The notes under the pieces: model-generated | The model's database searches: none | What the model was told of the DNA's origin: nothing | What the model saw: the letters and a program-made list of their open reading frames with translations, nothing else | Position numbers and translations under genes: made by a program | Assembly: GCF_018350175.1 (NCBI RefSeq) | Contig: NC_058369.1 | Location: forward strand, 22,694,001 to 22,758,000 | Direction: 5' to 3' | Length of the DNA stretch: 64,000 nucleotides | Origin: Felis catus | Lineage: Eukaryota | Part shown: in pieces, positions 50,068-62,672 of the stretch | Position numbering within the stretch: position 1 is the stretch's first letter | Layout: each line of letters starts with the position of its first letter

Positions 50068-50855
50068 TTTAAGTTTGTGAACCACTGGATGGGACTCTTT
50101 CTGAGATTTTCTTCACCTTTAACATTTTAGAATTGCAGCCCTTGTTTTAGGCTTTTATGCATAAGAAGTCCTATTACTTTTGTTGTGTATTTTCTCCCAT
50201 CTCAAAGAAGACTTAGATCTATGTAAATAACTCTCAATCTGGTCTCATTCATAGAATCAGGCAACAAAAAAGAGAAGTTACCCCCTCCCTCCAACACCCC
50301 TCCCTACAGCGCACACTTTCCTACTAGAATGATGGCGGAGACAATATCTCTCACGGGGAGAAGGGAATGAAAAATGCTCAAAGTGGTTACATTTGAATAT
50401 GTGGCACTTATCTCTCTGTGCAGGCACCTTATAGAAAAATAATTTATCAAGCTTCGTTCAAGAAAAAAGAACATTACATCTTCGTCAACAACAACATCAA
50501 GGGCTCACCATGGTAGGAACGGGACAATAAAGGAGTTATTTTAGCAGAATTAACAGGAAGAAATTAGCCCCCTGTATCCTTCCTTTTTATCATGGTGTGG
50601 TGCATTTGCATATTTTCAAATTTCACATTTGCATAGTCAATGATTTTAAATTAGATTCTCACATCTCCTCTCTGATGTTTGTCATGTGTGTAACTCGTCT
50701 TAATAACTGAGTTGTTAGCATTTAAAAAAACAGTTATCTAATCATTGGCCCAACCTGGAACCACACCAGCACTGAGTTACTTTGCAGTCTTTTAACAGCT
50801 TAGTAAGATACTATTCATGCACAATACTATTCACTCGTTTAAAGTGTACAAGTCA

Positions 50856-51074
50856 GGGGCACCTGGGTGGCTCAGTGGGTTAAGCGTCCGACTTCGGCCC
50901 AGGTCATGAGCTCATGGTTTGTGGGTTTGAGCCCCATATCGTGTTCCGTGCTGGCAGCTCAGAGCCTGGAGCCTGCTTTGGATTCTGTGTCTCCCTCTCT
51001 CTCTGCCCCTCCCCTGCTTGTGCTCGGTCTCTGTCCCTCAAAAATAAAGAAATGTTAAAAAAAAATTAAAAATA
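50856..51074 (+). mobile_element. Can-SINE, copy 1 of tandem triplet
   Basis: Full SINE after aaagtgtacaagtca. Confidence 0.95.
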
Positions 51075-51083
51075 AAAGTATAT

Positions 51084-51304
51084 GGGATGCCTGAGTGGCT
51101 TAGTTGGTTAAACGTCCGACTTTGGCTCAGGTCACGATCTCATGGTTCGTGAGTTCGAGCCCCACGTCAGGTTCCGTGCTGACAGCTCAGAGCCTGGAGC
51201 CTGCTTCAGATTCTATGTCTCCCTTTCTCTCTGCCCCTCCCCTGCTCATGCTCTGTCTCACTCTGTCTCTCAAAAATAAATAAATGTTAAAGAAATAAAA
51301 AAAT
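51084..51304 (+). mobile_element. Can-SINE, copy 2 of tandem triplet
   Basis: Full SINE after the linker aaagtatat. Confidence 0.95.
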
Positions 51305-51313
51305 AAAGTATAT

Positions 51314-51522
51314 GGGGTGCCTGAGTGGCTCAGTCGGTTAAGCGTCCCACTTCTGCTCAGGTCATGATCTCATGGTTTGTGAGTTTGAGCCCCATGATAG
51401 GCTTTGTGCTGACAGCTCAGAGCCTGGAGCCTGCTTTGGATTCTGTGTCTCCTTCTCTCTCTCCCCCTCCCCTGCTCATGTTCTCTTTCTCTCTCAAAAA
51501 GACAAACATTAAAAAAAATAAC
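51314..51522 (+). mobile_element. Can-SINE, copy 3 of tandem triplet
   Basis: Full SINE after the linker aaagtatat, followed by aaagtatacaagtca. Confidence 0.95.
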
Positions 51523-52315
51523 AAAGTATACAAGTCAGTGTTTTTTAGTATACCCATAGGACTGTAGAATCATCACCCCAGTCAACTGCAGAGGCTTTTC
51601 ATCAACCCAAAGAGAAGATCCTATACCTGCCAGTCACTCTCCATTTACCCCAAAACCTCCTTCCTCCAAGGAGAATAGGCAAACACTATTCTACTTTCTG
51701 TTTTAAAGATTTACCTCTTCCGGATATTTCATATAAATGGAAGCATACAGTGTATGGTCTTTTGTGATTACCTTCACTGAGCATAATGTTTTCAGAGTTT
51801 ATCTGTATTATAACATGTATCAATACTTCATTCTTTGTTATGGTCAAATCGTGTTCTCTTGCATGGATTACCACATTTTTGTTTATCTGTTCATCAGTTG
51901 GTGGTTACTTGTGTTGTTTCTACTTTTTGCCTGTATTGACTAATGCTGCTGTGAGTATTTGCAGACATATTTTTGCATGGACATATATTTGTATTTCTCT
52001 TGGGTATATATAGGAGTGGAATTGCTAATCATGTGTTAATTCTAGGATTGACCTTTTGAGGGACTGCCAGACTGTTTCTAACATGGTTGTGCATTTTACA
52101 TTCCCATCAGCAATGTTTGAGCGCTCCGATTTCTCCGTATCCTTGTCAACACTTGTTATTATCTGTTACACACATTACTGAGTGCAAAGTCATATCTCAT
52201 TGTGGTTTGACTTGCATTTCCCTAACAAGCAATAATGTTGAGCATCTTTTTATGTGCTTATTGGCCATTTGTATATCTTCCTTGGAGAAATGCCTATTCA
52301 GATCCTTTGCCCATT

Positions 52316-52523
52316 AAATTTTGTTTTATGTTTATTTTTGAGAGACAGTGAGACAGAGCAGAGGAGGGGCAGAGAGAGGAGGAGACACATAATCTGAAGC
52401 AGGCTCCAGGCTCTGAGCAAGTGTTCAGCACAGATCCCAATGTGGGTCTCGAACCCACGAACCGTGAGACCATGGCCTGAGCACAAGTCAGACACTTAAC
52501 TGACTGAGCCATCCAGGCGCCGC
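52316..52523 (-). mobile_element. Can-SINE inside L1
   Basis: TSD tcctttgcccatt at 52303-52315 and 52524-52536. Confidence 0.94.
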
Positions 52524-53059
52524 TCCTTTGCCCATTTAAAAATGTTGTTATTTGTCTTCTTATTATTGAGCTGGATGTATTCTTTATATGTTCTAGCTAC
52601 TAGTTCCTTATCAAATATATGATTTGGAAATATTCTCCCCCATCCTGTGGGTTGTCGTTTTGCTATCTTGATGATGTTCTTTGTAGCCAAAAGTTTTAAT
52701 TTTGACAAAATCCAATGTATCTATTTGTCCCTTTTTTGTGCCTGTGCTTTTGGCATCATATCTAGGAAGTCATTGCCTAATCCAAGGTCACAGAGATTTG
52801 TGCCTGTTTTCTAAGAGAGTTAGAGTGTTACCTCTTAAATTTAGGTCTTTGATCCATTTTGAGTTAGTTTTTGTATATGGTGTGAGGTGGGGGTCCAACT
52901 TTGTTCTTTGCATGTGCAGATCACTTGTCTCAGCACCACCTGTTGAAAAGGACCCTTGCCACTCAAGGTGAGTTCCTTTCAACTTTGACATGTAATCAAC
53001 TAAATGCTGCCATCGGAATATCTGATCACTACTATAGCTGTGATCACAATGGCACTCTT

Positions 53060-53235
53060 ATACTGATTCTGATAAGCATATATCAAGCACTCTTCATATG
53101 TTATCTGGTTTAGTGCTTACGACCCTCCTCTGAGTTGGGTAGCGTTACTACCAGTTATGAACCCATGTTACAGGTAAAGCAGCTGAGGCCGTTTCTCACT
53201 GTAGATAGCTGAGATTTCAACCCAGGCCATCTTCC
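53060..53235 (-). mobile_element. MIR (degenerate)
   Basis: aagcactcttcatatgttatct...cccatgttacaggtaaagcagctgaggcc...gctgagatttcaacccagg. Confidence 0.65.
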
Positions 53236-53505
53236 CTCTCAACCTGTGTGTTGTACTATCTCTTCTCGGGTTTACATTAACATCTCAAAAACAGTGGCTG
53301 TGAGTGATCAGGAACCTAGCTAAGCACTTCAGGTGAAACATGTTAGCGCTTTTCAGAGTACAGGGTTCACCAGAATAGCCCAGGAATATTGTTAGAATGA
53401 AGACTCCATTTCCGGAGGCTGAGAGTCTGCGTTTCCAGCGAGCTGAGAGAAGCGAATGCTGCTGGTCAGGGGATCACATTCCAAGTAGAAGGAGATTAAT
53501 TAGTT

Positions 53506-53680
53506 CACTGGTTCTCAGACTCAGGGGCACGTTGGAATTGCCTGGAAGCTTAGAAAATAGGGATGCCCAGCTTCTCCCCCAGGGATTCTAGTTGACTTGG
53601 TCTGGGGTGTGGACTGGGCACAGGGATTTCCAGAAACTCCTCAGCATGTTCTAATGTGCAACCAGGTCTGAGCAGCACTG
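53506..53680. mobile_element. MER5A hAT MITE
   Basis: cactggttctcagact...gaattgcctggaagctt...ggtctggggtgtggactgggc...ttctaatgtgcaaccaggtctgagcagcactg. Confidence 0.88.
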
Positions 53681-54419
53681 ATTTATCTCGTTCCACCCCT
53701 CAGGGAGCCCCACAGGTAGGCACTTGAGTCTGCTTTGAGAGGCGAGGCTCCCAGCTTGCGGAGGCTACCTGACTGGCCTAAGGTCACACAGCTGCTAGGC
53801 TGTGGACTCCCAGGGGAGCTGGGAGTCCAGTCCAGGCATGATTGCAAGGGCCGCTCCCAGCTCTCTCATCATGGTCTATGATTGCCTCCCCATCACAGTC
53901 AATTTGAAAAGGAGTGAGTGAAATGGGTGACTGACCCTGGCCTGAGCCAGCTCTTACACAGGGTTGTCTGACTCCTTCCCCCACTTTCCCACACAGGGAT
54001 CTCCCATCTCTCCTAGGGATATGCATGCGTTTTCACTCCCTGCTGCTCTGAACTGACCCAGATGTGAGGTCCCAGTCCCTATGAATCAAGTTCAGGTTCT
54101 CTCATTTATCTGGTTACTTCCTCACAGAATTGGACAGGATGAGCAGTGCTTCAAACTGATGCTTGTTGGGAGTGGGCAAAGTGCTCCTTTCTTTGAGAAT
54201 TCCTGCCATTTTAAGGAGAAGATAAAAGTTGAGAGTAGCCGTGCACTTGATTGGTTGGCTGTTCCTGCCCTAAGGTGCCTTTATCCCTACAAGGCTGAGT
54301 GGCCTTGAGGGCTCACTGCACCTGCCCTGACTGCGCTTGGCCACAGGGGCTTTTACCATCCTATCCACGTTGTGGACTGTGAGCCGTGTCTTCTAAATTG
54401 GACAGCCTGGGTCTCTGAG

Positions 54420-54843
54420 TTGGCTGCTCTGGGGACTAGATTGCAGCCATGAGGAAGAAGTCGGTTCCCAATCCACATGGAGTTTACCGGTCACTGGGGG
54501 AGATGGATGCTGAGTCCAAAGTTAGAAGAGTGGGCAGGCCTGGAGGCAGGAAGTCCCGGAGGCAGGGGGCCACGAGGGCAGCCGAGGACTGATGAGGAGC
54601 ATAGCCTGGGACCCAGAGATGGCAGAGGATGGGCTCCAGGCATGAGGAGATTCACGGCTGAAGCTGGAGAGGGAGCTGGGAACGGGGCAAGTTCACAGAG
54701 CTGAAAGGAGAACAGAGCAGGGGTCGGCTTGGAGTGGGGAGAGCAAGATGAGGGGCCCTGAGGTCCACGAGGTGAGCTGGCGCTGGGGGTGGGGCAGAGG
54801 CTGGTGCGGTGGGGTAGAAGCGGTGGATTTGTGCGGTTATTTG
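54420..54843 (-). mobile_element. L2 fragments
   Basis: gctctggggactagattgcagccatgaggaaga...catggagtttac...ggggtagaagcggtggatttgtgcggttatttg. Confidence 0.5.
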
Positions 54844-55774
54844 AATGCCTCTCTTGCCACCCACCAGGGCGGCGGTTGGGTCCATTGTGCCCCTGTGTTA
54901 CCCTCAGCACCTTGCACACTTGGCTCCGTGGGCAGAAGGTGCTTACTGAAGAATTTGGGTGTCAGCTAAAGATGCAGGAGGCAATGGGAGGGTTTGCATT
55001 TCTGTCTCTGCACTGCTCTCAGGCTGTCTCCCTCTCTCATTGTCCCTAGGGCAATGCTGCCAGGTTCCCCACTTTTCTCTGTGCATCTGACTTATATCCA
55101 CCCACCCCTTTCCTCAAAAATGTCTTTTCTCCTCTCAGTAATGGGAAGCAGCTCCTCCAGATCACAGCGGGAGGCTCAGTTCCTTGGTCGCCCGCCCCTC
55201 TCTTCTAGCTGAGTGTACTTTGAGGAGTGGAGAGAACAGATCCTTTGTACAGCCCCAGGAGCCAGAAGCCCCCAGGAAACGCTCAGGAGGAAGGGGCTGA
55301 AAAGTCCCTGCAGCCTCTCTTGTGCTGGGAGAAACCCTGAGGTCTGTTCTCAGTGGAACAGAGCTTTAGAAAAATTTCAGCTACATTTAGCAGATGGATC
55401 CGTTCTGGATTGTTCTATTTTCATGAGTCTGACCCACCACTCAGGCAGTAAGTGGGTGCGGGCACCTTCTATGGGTCAGCCCAGGAGGGGAACTCACCCA
55501 TTAATTCTTCAAGCTTGTCTCCTCTGGGGGGCTCACCTCTTTGAAGGCAGTTTTGTGGAGACAGTATGTAATTGCGTGCCTTCATCAGTGGCTTCTGGAA
55601 GCATGCCCCCTTTGTCTCAGTGACCGTAGCAATTGAAGAAGGCCTGCTTTGGGAATGGTCGCCTCTTGTAGAAGTAGGAGCACGGGGCCTTTGCCAACAC
55701 CGTTTGTTTTGCCTGCGGAGTTTTGATGCACTAGCTACTCAGTTGACCCTGGTTCATTTCTTCTTTGGGAGGTA

Positions 55775-55895
55775 GCACGTCTGCCTGGGCTTTGGAGCCT
55801 TGGAGACCTGGGGTTAGCCATCATTTACTGAGTGTGACACCTTTACCTCTCTAAGCCTCTGTTTTCTCATCTGTGAAATGGACATGATAGCATGT
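55775..55895 (+). mobile_element. MIR
   Basis: gggctttggagcc...atttactgagtgtgac...ctctctaagcctctgttttctcatctgtgaaatgg. Confidence 0.85.
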
Positions 55896-56987
55896 CGGGC
55901 ATTGTGACTCTCAGGGTAGGGGCAGGGCTAGCTAGGTTTGTAGCTGGTTCCATCAAACTCTGAGCCCAGATCGCTCCCTTCTTGAAACGGAGACACTGAT
56001 GCAGAAGTCACCACCGGAAGTTACATGAAGGTCCAAGGGGAAGCATGAGTGCAGCATTAGCCTGGTGTCTGCGAGGAGGAAGCGCTGCAGATTGAACAGA
56101 ACAGTTTAAACAAGAAAACTAGATTGATAACCTGAGCTCATCAGTCCCTGCCTTTCAGCCAAGGGTAGGATGGTTGTCCGGTGTGGGCAGCATTAGGCCA
56201 GCCTTTAATGGGGTGATGCACGTAGGGGAGCCCAGGGGTCACAGACAATTTTAACAGTTATGTGTGTATTTTATTCTATATTAGAGGAAATATAGCCACA
56301 TTTTAAAGCAAAATTACATAAGGTATGTGAGTTGTTTTAAAGAAATGTAATAAGGAAAGGTGAGTTGAGGCCAGGCGTAACATGTTTTTTTGGGGGGAGG
56401 CATTTGGACACTCCCTGGGGCCTCACCATTAGAGAAGAGGACAGGCCAGATGTGCTCGTTGTGGCCATGGCAAGTGATGAAATAGTTGTATGCAAAACAA
56501 CTGGGGTTGATCTTGAGTGAAGCAATGTATTAGAGATAGAATCAGATTTCTAACATCAAGGCATCTATATAAATTAAAAGCACATAAGACAGCACAGTTA
56601 ACGCTGTTTATCAAACCGGATTAGAGCGGGTGCCAGTGGGGGCGGGGGCTAAGAGTGTAGGTCAGGGTGGGAAGGGAACATGTAGGTGAAGAGGGCGGGC
56701 TTGCACGGACAAGTGCCGATCATACGCTGAGTGTGAACAACTCAGTCTTGTGTGTGCTTGGTAGCTGTACACTCACGCGTCGGGTGAGCCGCAGATGGAC
56801 GTGTCGGTCCCCGTCGGCATGCGGGACGGTGGGCTGAACTGGCAGGTAGCCCTGGCAGCAAGCAAATGTAGGAAGCGGGAGCCATGGCGCAAAGGTAGAA
56901 TGATAACACTTAGAGTGGACTTCTCTTAAACTTTCTTTGTATGTGGCCCACCAGTTGTACTTCACACACACGACGGCACTCCTTTTT

Positions 56988-57142
56988 CTCAACAACCTTG
57001 TGAGGTAGGTAATATTATTTACCCTTTCTTTGTGGAGTACACTGAGGCAGGTCCAAGGTCATGGAGGGAAAGCATGGGAGAGCGGGTGCTGACCCAGTGC
57101 ATCTGACCCCAAAGTCCAGGCCCCCCATTCACGTTACGCACA
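56988..57142 (-). mobile_element. MIR
   Basis: aacaaccttgtgaggtaggtaatattatttaccc...actgaggc...ccaaggtcat...tctgaccccaaagtcc. Confidence 0.8.
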
Positions 57143-57183
57143 AACTCCTTCAGCCAAAGATGCTTTTAAAATGGGTGCACCTT

Positions 57184-57404
57184 GGGGCACCTGGGTGGCT
57201 CAGTCGGTTGAGCAACTGCGGCTCAGGTCATGATCTCACGGTTTGTGAGTTCGAGCCCCGCGTTGGGCTCTGTGCTGACAGCTCAGAGCCTGGAGCCTGC
57301 TTCAGATTTCAGATTCTGTGTCTCCCTCTCTCTCTGCCCCTCCCCTGCTCATGCTCTGTCTCTCTCTCTCTCTCTGTCAAAAATAAATAAACATTAAAAA
57401 AAAT
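57184..57404 (+). mobile_element. Can-SINE
   Basis: Perfect 16-bp TSD aaaatgggtgcacctt at 57168-57183 and 57405-57420. Confidence 0.97.
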
Positions 57405-58429
57405 AAAATGGGTGCACCTTTACACCCCCACCCTGGTTAATACTTGCATGGCTTGAGTTCTTTTGTCTGTACATTATTTAAAACAGTCCTTCTAACAGTA
57501 GTTAAAGGCCCCGTGAGCGGTATTAGGTTGGACCCTTTCAGGTGGAGGAAGATTCGTTGTTGCAGCCCTTTTGCTCCTCCTGATTCTTGATTTTGTGCCT
57601 CTGAAGTCCAGGGTCTTACCACCTTATTTCTTCCTTTCTTGTTCATTTGCATTATTGCAACAATAATGCTGTCTCCTCCTCCATCCACGAGCCAGCCAGG
57701 CAAATGGCTTCATTCCAAATAGCATCTTCATGCTTGCTGTCTATAGCAGGTGAGTGTATAACATGGGCTTCCATGTGTGTATCTTCAAAATGATTTACCA
57801 GGAAGATGCATGACTTCTACGGTCGACAGCTGAATCACCCAGAACGCTTTATGGTTTACTTCACCATCCACACAAGTACATGAAGCCGTGGAGCCCTTCC
57901 TGGTCATTAAGATGTAGTCTGGCTCTTGCATGCAAAGCATTTGGGTACCTTAAGTGAGCGCCTGGTCTGGCCTGATGGCTGCTGGGAGGGCTCTGTGAGT
58001 GCTCCCAGGGGCAGACAACGCCCATAAATCGTAATCACAATGGAGCACAATGGAAGAGGTAAACAGTTCTGAAACTGTGCTATAAATTGTCATCCGGGGA
58101 TGATTCTGTTTTATTATGGAGGTTAAATTACAGCAATCATCGGCGCACAAAGGCGCTGCAGTAAGAAAACATTTGGGAACAATGTTTTTCTCCTATGGCT
58201 TGGGTGATGGGTGCACAGGAATAAAACACCATTACTTGTTTACCACAGGCCAGAAAAGAAAATATGAGCTGTAGCCACTGCAAGGTGGGCGCTCTCTTTT
58301 TTTTCTTTTATGAACCAAGGGGGTTGTGAGCGCATTCCTGTTGCCACAGGAAAAGAAGTTAAACTTGACTGGAAGACAACTTCCAGCTATGTTTGACTTC
58401 TTTCCTTATCCTCTATTCCCCTCCACTAT

Positions 58430-58439
58430 TGTGTGTATG

Positions 58440-58470
<31 letters not shown>

Positions 58471-58586
58471 ATATGTATGTATGAGTGTAAGTGTGTGTGT
58501 AAGCATGTTATGTATGCGTGTGTGTATGTGTGTGTGTATGTGTGTATGTATGTATATGGATATGTGTGTATATGTATGTATGTATG

Positions 58587-58629
<43 letters not shown>
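58430..58629. repeat. Degenerate (TG/TATG)n followed by pure (TG)n
   Basis: Read directly. Confidence 0.93.
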
Positions 58630-58630
<1 letters not shown>

Positions 58631-58770
58631 TACTCAGGCTCTGGTAGGCTAAGAGAAAGTGAACCAGAGAACAATGCCTGTCCCAGTGATCACCAGCATA
58701 CAGATGCTATCTTTCTGAAGTTACCCAGCATGCCATCCTGAAGGGCCTGTATATTTTGGGCCACTTGGTT

Positions 58771-59010
58771 CAGTGGTGAAGAAGATGGGCTTTAGAAAAG
58801 CTCCCTGAATCCAAGCTCAAATCCTGGGTCGGCCTCTTGAACGCTGTGTGACACAGGGCAGATCATTTCTCTCTCTGAGCCTCAGAATGAGCAGATATAA
58901 AACGAGAGCAGTGACTTACCTCACTCGAGGTGGGGTCGGGGGCTGTAAAAGATGTGTTGCAATTCTGGACACACAGTAGGTGCCCAATAACTGCTCCCTC
59001 ACATTATTAT
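58771..59010 (+). mobile_element. MIR
   Basis: cagtggtgaagaagatgggcttt...ctcaaatcctgg...gctgtgtgacacagggcagatcatt...ctctctgagcctcag...acacagtaggtgcccaataa. Confidence 0.85.
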
Positions 59011-59159
59011 GGTCACGCAGCAGTAGCGATGAGCACATCACTGCATGTATTCCCGTAGCCCTGTTATTTTCACTAATCTTGGGATTATATTGCAGTCTTT
59101 AGAATTTATATGTAAAAGCAACCCAGTTAACTCCTGAGAGTTCATCTTGTTGTTGCAGA

Positions 59160-59510
59160 GAGATTATCACCCTCCATCCCGTTTATGTGAAATGGAAGCT
59201 CATTGGCAAGGCCATGGCATGATCCTGGCCCTGCCTGCCTCTGCCAGGTCCTCTCCCCCTGTTCCTTCACAATGCCCATCCTGTTCTCTCTTCACTGCCC
59301 CTGTGTGAGGTGTTCTCTTCTGAGTGGGATCCTCTTTGCCAAGATCTGGTTCCTCCTCGTTGCTCAGGGTTAAGCCCCGATTCCCCTTCTTAAGGCAGCC
59401 TTTCTTGGCTACCTCACCCAAGACAGAACCCTCCCTCCCACTCCAAATGCCACCCTCATTCCTGTGACACAGATGAGCAAAAGGTATTCGTCAAATTAGG
59501 GAATGAACAG
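59160..59510 (+). mobile_element. L2 fragment
   Basis: gcatgatcctggccctgcctgcctctgcc...ggttcctcctcgttgctcagg...aggcagcctttcttggctacc. Confidence 0.6.
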
Positions 59511-62069
59511 ATGTTTTCCTGGTGTGCAGGAGATCAGATTGGAATATTTTGCCTATGAAAATATTGGAAACTCAGAACATTTAAATAAATCGCTATTAAT
59601 GAATAGCCTTTTAGTGTATTAGGCAGCAACACTGTTCTTCGGGAGAGGGTTGTTAAGATGCACTCTAGTGGGTGGAACTAAAACTGTAATGACACCTCCA
59701 GCTCCTGGTAATTACAGGGTGGAGAGGAATATGAGATTTAATCGTCAAACCCTAATCTTCTCATGGCTTTAAATAGTATAATTTGTGACGACCTGTAAAT
59801 ATTTATTGAATAATTCATTATGAATTTTATATGCACTTATTTGATGATACCACAAGGTTATTTTTTGAAAGAAAGATTTCTCCCAAGGTGTGGAGTCACA
59901 TGGTTATCTTACTCTCAAGGGTGACAGAGGACAAAGGAAAGTGATGATATCGAGAGAGAAATTATTTTAGAAAACTTAGGTGATGGGCAAGTTAATGCTC
60001 CCGATATTTTATTTTATTTTCCCTCTATCTGTCCACTAATACATGTTATTTTTTATGCATCTCAAAGGACATTGCAGACTTGTTGATAGTATTTTCAGTG
60101 CTCCATTTGTCATTGAAAAAGAAACAGATGTGTTGTAGAAGTTGGGCTGATACATATGTCTAATATAGTTAATGCAAAAACTTGAAGTAGAGTTAGTAAA
60201 ATATTTAGCTTCATTAGACAGAACCCAAGTCTTTCCTGGGCTTTAACCTTAGGTTTGACATGACCAGTTATTATCACATGCACTATTTTAGACAAATACA
60301 CTATTGACAAATTTTGAAGTTTTTGTAGTATGAGGAAGGGCTTTCAAACAGGTATTTAAAATGAGAAGAGCTTTAACACGGAGAATTCAAGGCTTGCAGT
60401 GGAAGGGCTGAGGGAACAGACATCAGGAAAAGCTTACTGAAGCTTTTAGGAAACCAGGAAGTGCGGGGAGGGGGGATCCCAGGGGACACTCCACCCATGA
60501 TTTCAACTGTCTGCAACACTAAAGTTGGCAGTTTGCTGGAGTATCCCAGAAGCTGCTGGCAAAGCCTCCTGTGACCCTGAGCTGAAGCCCGTGTGCCTGC
60601 TCCTGACTGCCCTGGAGGCAATACACGCGCTCCATTTCTCTAGCTCTTCCTTATCTCCCCAGAAGACCTCTCACTGGCTGAATCTAACCTGGACCTGCCT
60701 GGAGGATTCTGGGAAATGTAGTTCCTGGGCTTCCAGCCTCTGCAATACAGAGGCAAGCACATGACCAACAATCTACACAAGCATGTTTACCAAATCTTTT
60801 ATCAGAAACCAAGAAATTTTATACCTAGAACTCTATACCCAGAATATTTATGTATAGGATTTTATGCATTATGTTTATATATTATGTTTTTAGGTACTAT
60901 GTACAGTATCCTAGTGTCATTTGGAGATACAAGTAATAGTATTTTGCTTTTATAAACGTTTGGGATTAAAATTCATGTCTTGTATTCTGTCATATGGAAC
61001 TTTAATAAATTCACCCTGACCAAAGCAAATGTGTTTGGACAGATGGATGAGTGACTAGTGAAAGAAGAACTTATATAATGATGGCTCTCCAAAGTATATG
61101 TGTTTTCAAATGGTCTGCTAAGGGCCCAGGGGTGGGGATCCTTCCAAAATGCAAAGGAATGAAGTGGAAATGATGTACTGACAACATGGAGTTATGCTTA
61201 CTGGGCAGGAGTGTCTGGCCTGGAGCCCCGTGAAATCATTTACGTGGCTTTGGATTTAAGTCCCCTAGCACTACCCCCAAGAGTTCTTCAGGATTCTGTG
61301 TTAGAGCTGCACAATCAAGTTAATACATGTTTTGAGTGGATTTTAGCTCAAAGGACACCTGGCCCTTCTGGCGTGGATGTCTGCTGTATTCTGCCTTCCA
61401 CGAGGCCATTCCCCTTACTCAGGTGGCCACACCTTGACTTTCTCTCCTTCTAGACTGTAGGTAGGAGCAGGAATGGGGACGATGTGTGACACATGACCCA
61501 GGCCTGGACAGTCTTCCTCTGTCATTTGTCTCAGGATGGGTGCTTAACCTGGGTCAGCCCAAAGAAAACTCCCACCAGGTACTTGTTTTGGAAAGATGAA
61601 GACAAAGGCACTCTCTTTTCACCGAGAGGCTGAGCTGCTAGGATATAATTTGGACTTACCACTGTTCTGTTCCCTTGCGGGGGGTTGGGGGTGGGGGGTG
61701 TTCTGCCCCAGAACATACCGCAGCACTGATACAGGCCATGTGTGCTGTCTCACACGTGCTGATGTGGGGGTACACCATGACACGGTCTGATGCTCTGAAT
61801 CCCGCTGTGGCTGAAGCTACCATTAGCCTGGACATTTTACTTTTGTCAGCCAATTACTCTTCTCTCCCCCTTTTTTTAGGTGAGCCAGTTTTCTGTATCT
61901 GTCACTTGCACCTAAATATGTCCTATGCACCACTCATAAAACAAAACAAAAAGCAAAACAAGACAAGACAAAACTAAAGCCTGAGACTATCCTGTGATGT
62001 TACATTAGGGCACCTCTTACTGACTTGGATAGATGTTTCGGCGTTGACACTCTGCTTCCTCCCTCTTTG

Positions 62070-62183
62070 GTGTCCACTTGGGTTATAATCCCCTGAGAAC
62101 AGGCCTGGTACCTTTCTCTTCCATACCTGATAAAACAGTAAGCTCCACATGGCAGGAATTGAATCTGCTCTGAATGAATGAAT
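62070..62183 (+). mobile_element. L2 3' end
   Basis: cccctgagaacaggcc...cacatggcagg...tctgctctgaatgaatgaat. Confidence 0.6.
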
Positions 62184-62630
62184 AGCCCTCTGCCTCTTTT
62201 CTACTCCCCCAGCTTTCAGGATTTATCGTTGAGATGTGACTGCGTGAAGGCCAGTAAAGGTTAGGGGCCCCATCGACTGACCCTTGCCTGCCTGGGGGTC
62301 TGCTACCCAGGCCACCTCAGCCTTAGAACTTGTTTAAGGTTCGTATACCTCCTGGTTACATCGTGAACACCAAGCTAACAGGACTCTTGGCCAACCTTTT
62401 GCTGTTTGATATCTCTGGCTTAGATCACACACGCACAAAATCACTTTATTTCTAATCTCTAGTGTTAAACCTTGCCATGATCATATCATGTACTAAACAG
62501 TGCCCAAATTGAAACAGACATAAATATATGTTGCTTCTAGGCCTTTATAACAGGGTTGCAGAGTAATTACAAGCATGCAAGAATCACTGTGTACTTCTAT
62601 TAGTCTCTTTCACCAATTTATTTTTGTCAG

Positions 62631-62632
<2 letters not shown>

Positions 62633-62672
<40 letters not shown>

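Larger units (their letters stand above)
50790..53000 (-). mobile_element. L1 (L1MB-like) antisense fragment carrying four SINE insertions
   Basis: 3' end ttcactcgtttaaagtgtacaa|...|gtcagtgttttttagtata. ORF2 remnants on the minus strand ([23 protein letters not shown]). Confidence 0.92.

Noticed and set aside
50856..51522. CRISPR-like or satellite array
   Set aside because: Eukaryotic SINE copies. There is no short repeat / unique spacer structure.
54904..54922. RE1-like TCAGCACC site
   Set aside because: The right half (GGACAG) is broken at two core positions.
8154..57390. Recurring MAQSVK.../GAPGWLS... ORFs resembling a gene family
   Set aside because: These are translations of Can-SINE copies.
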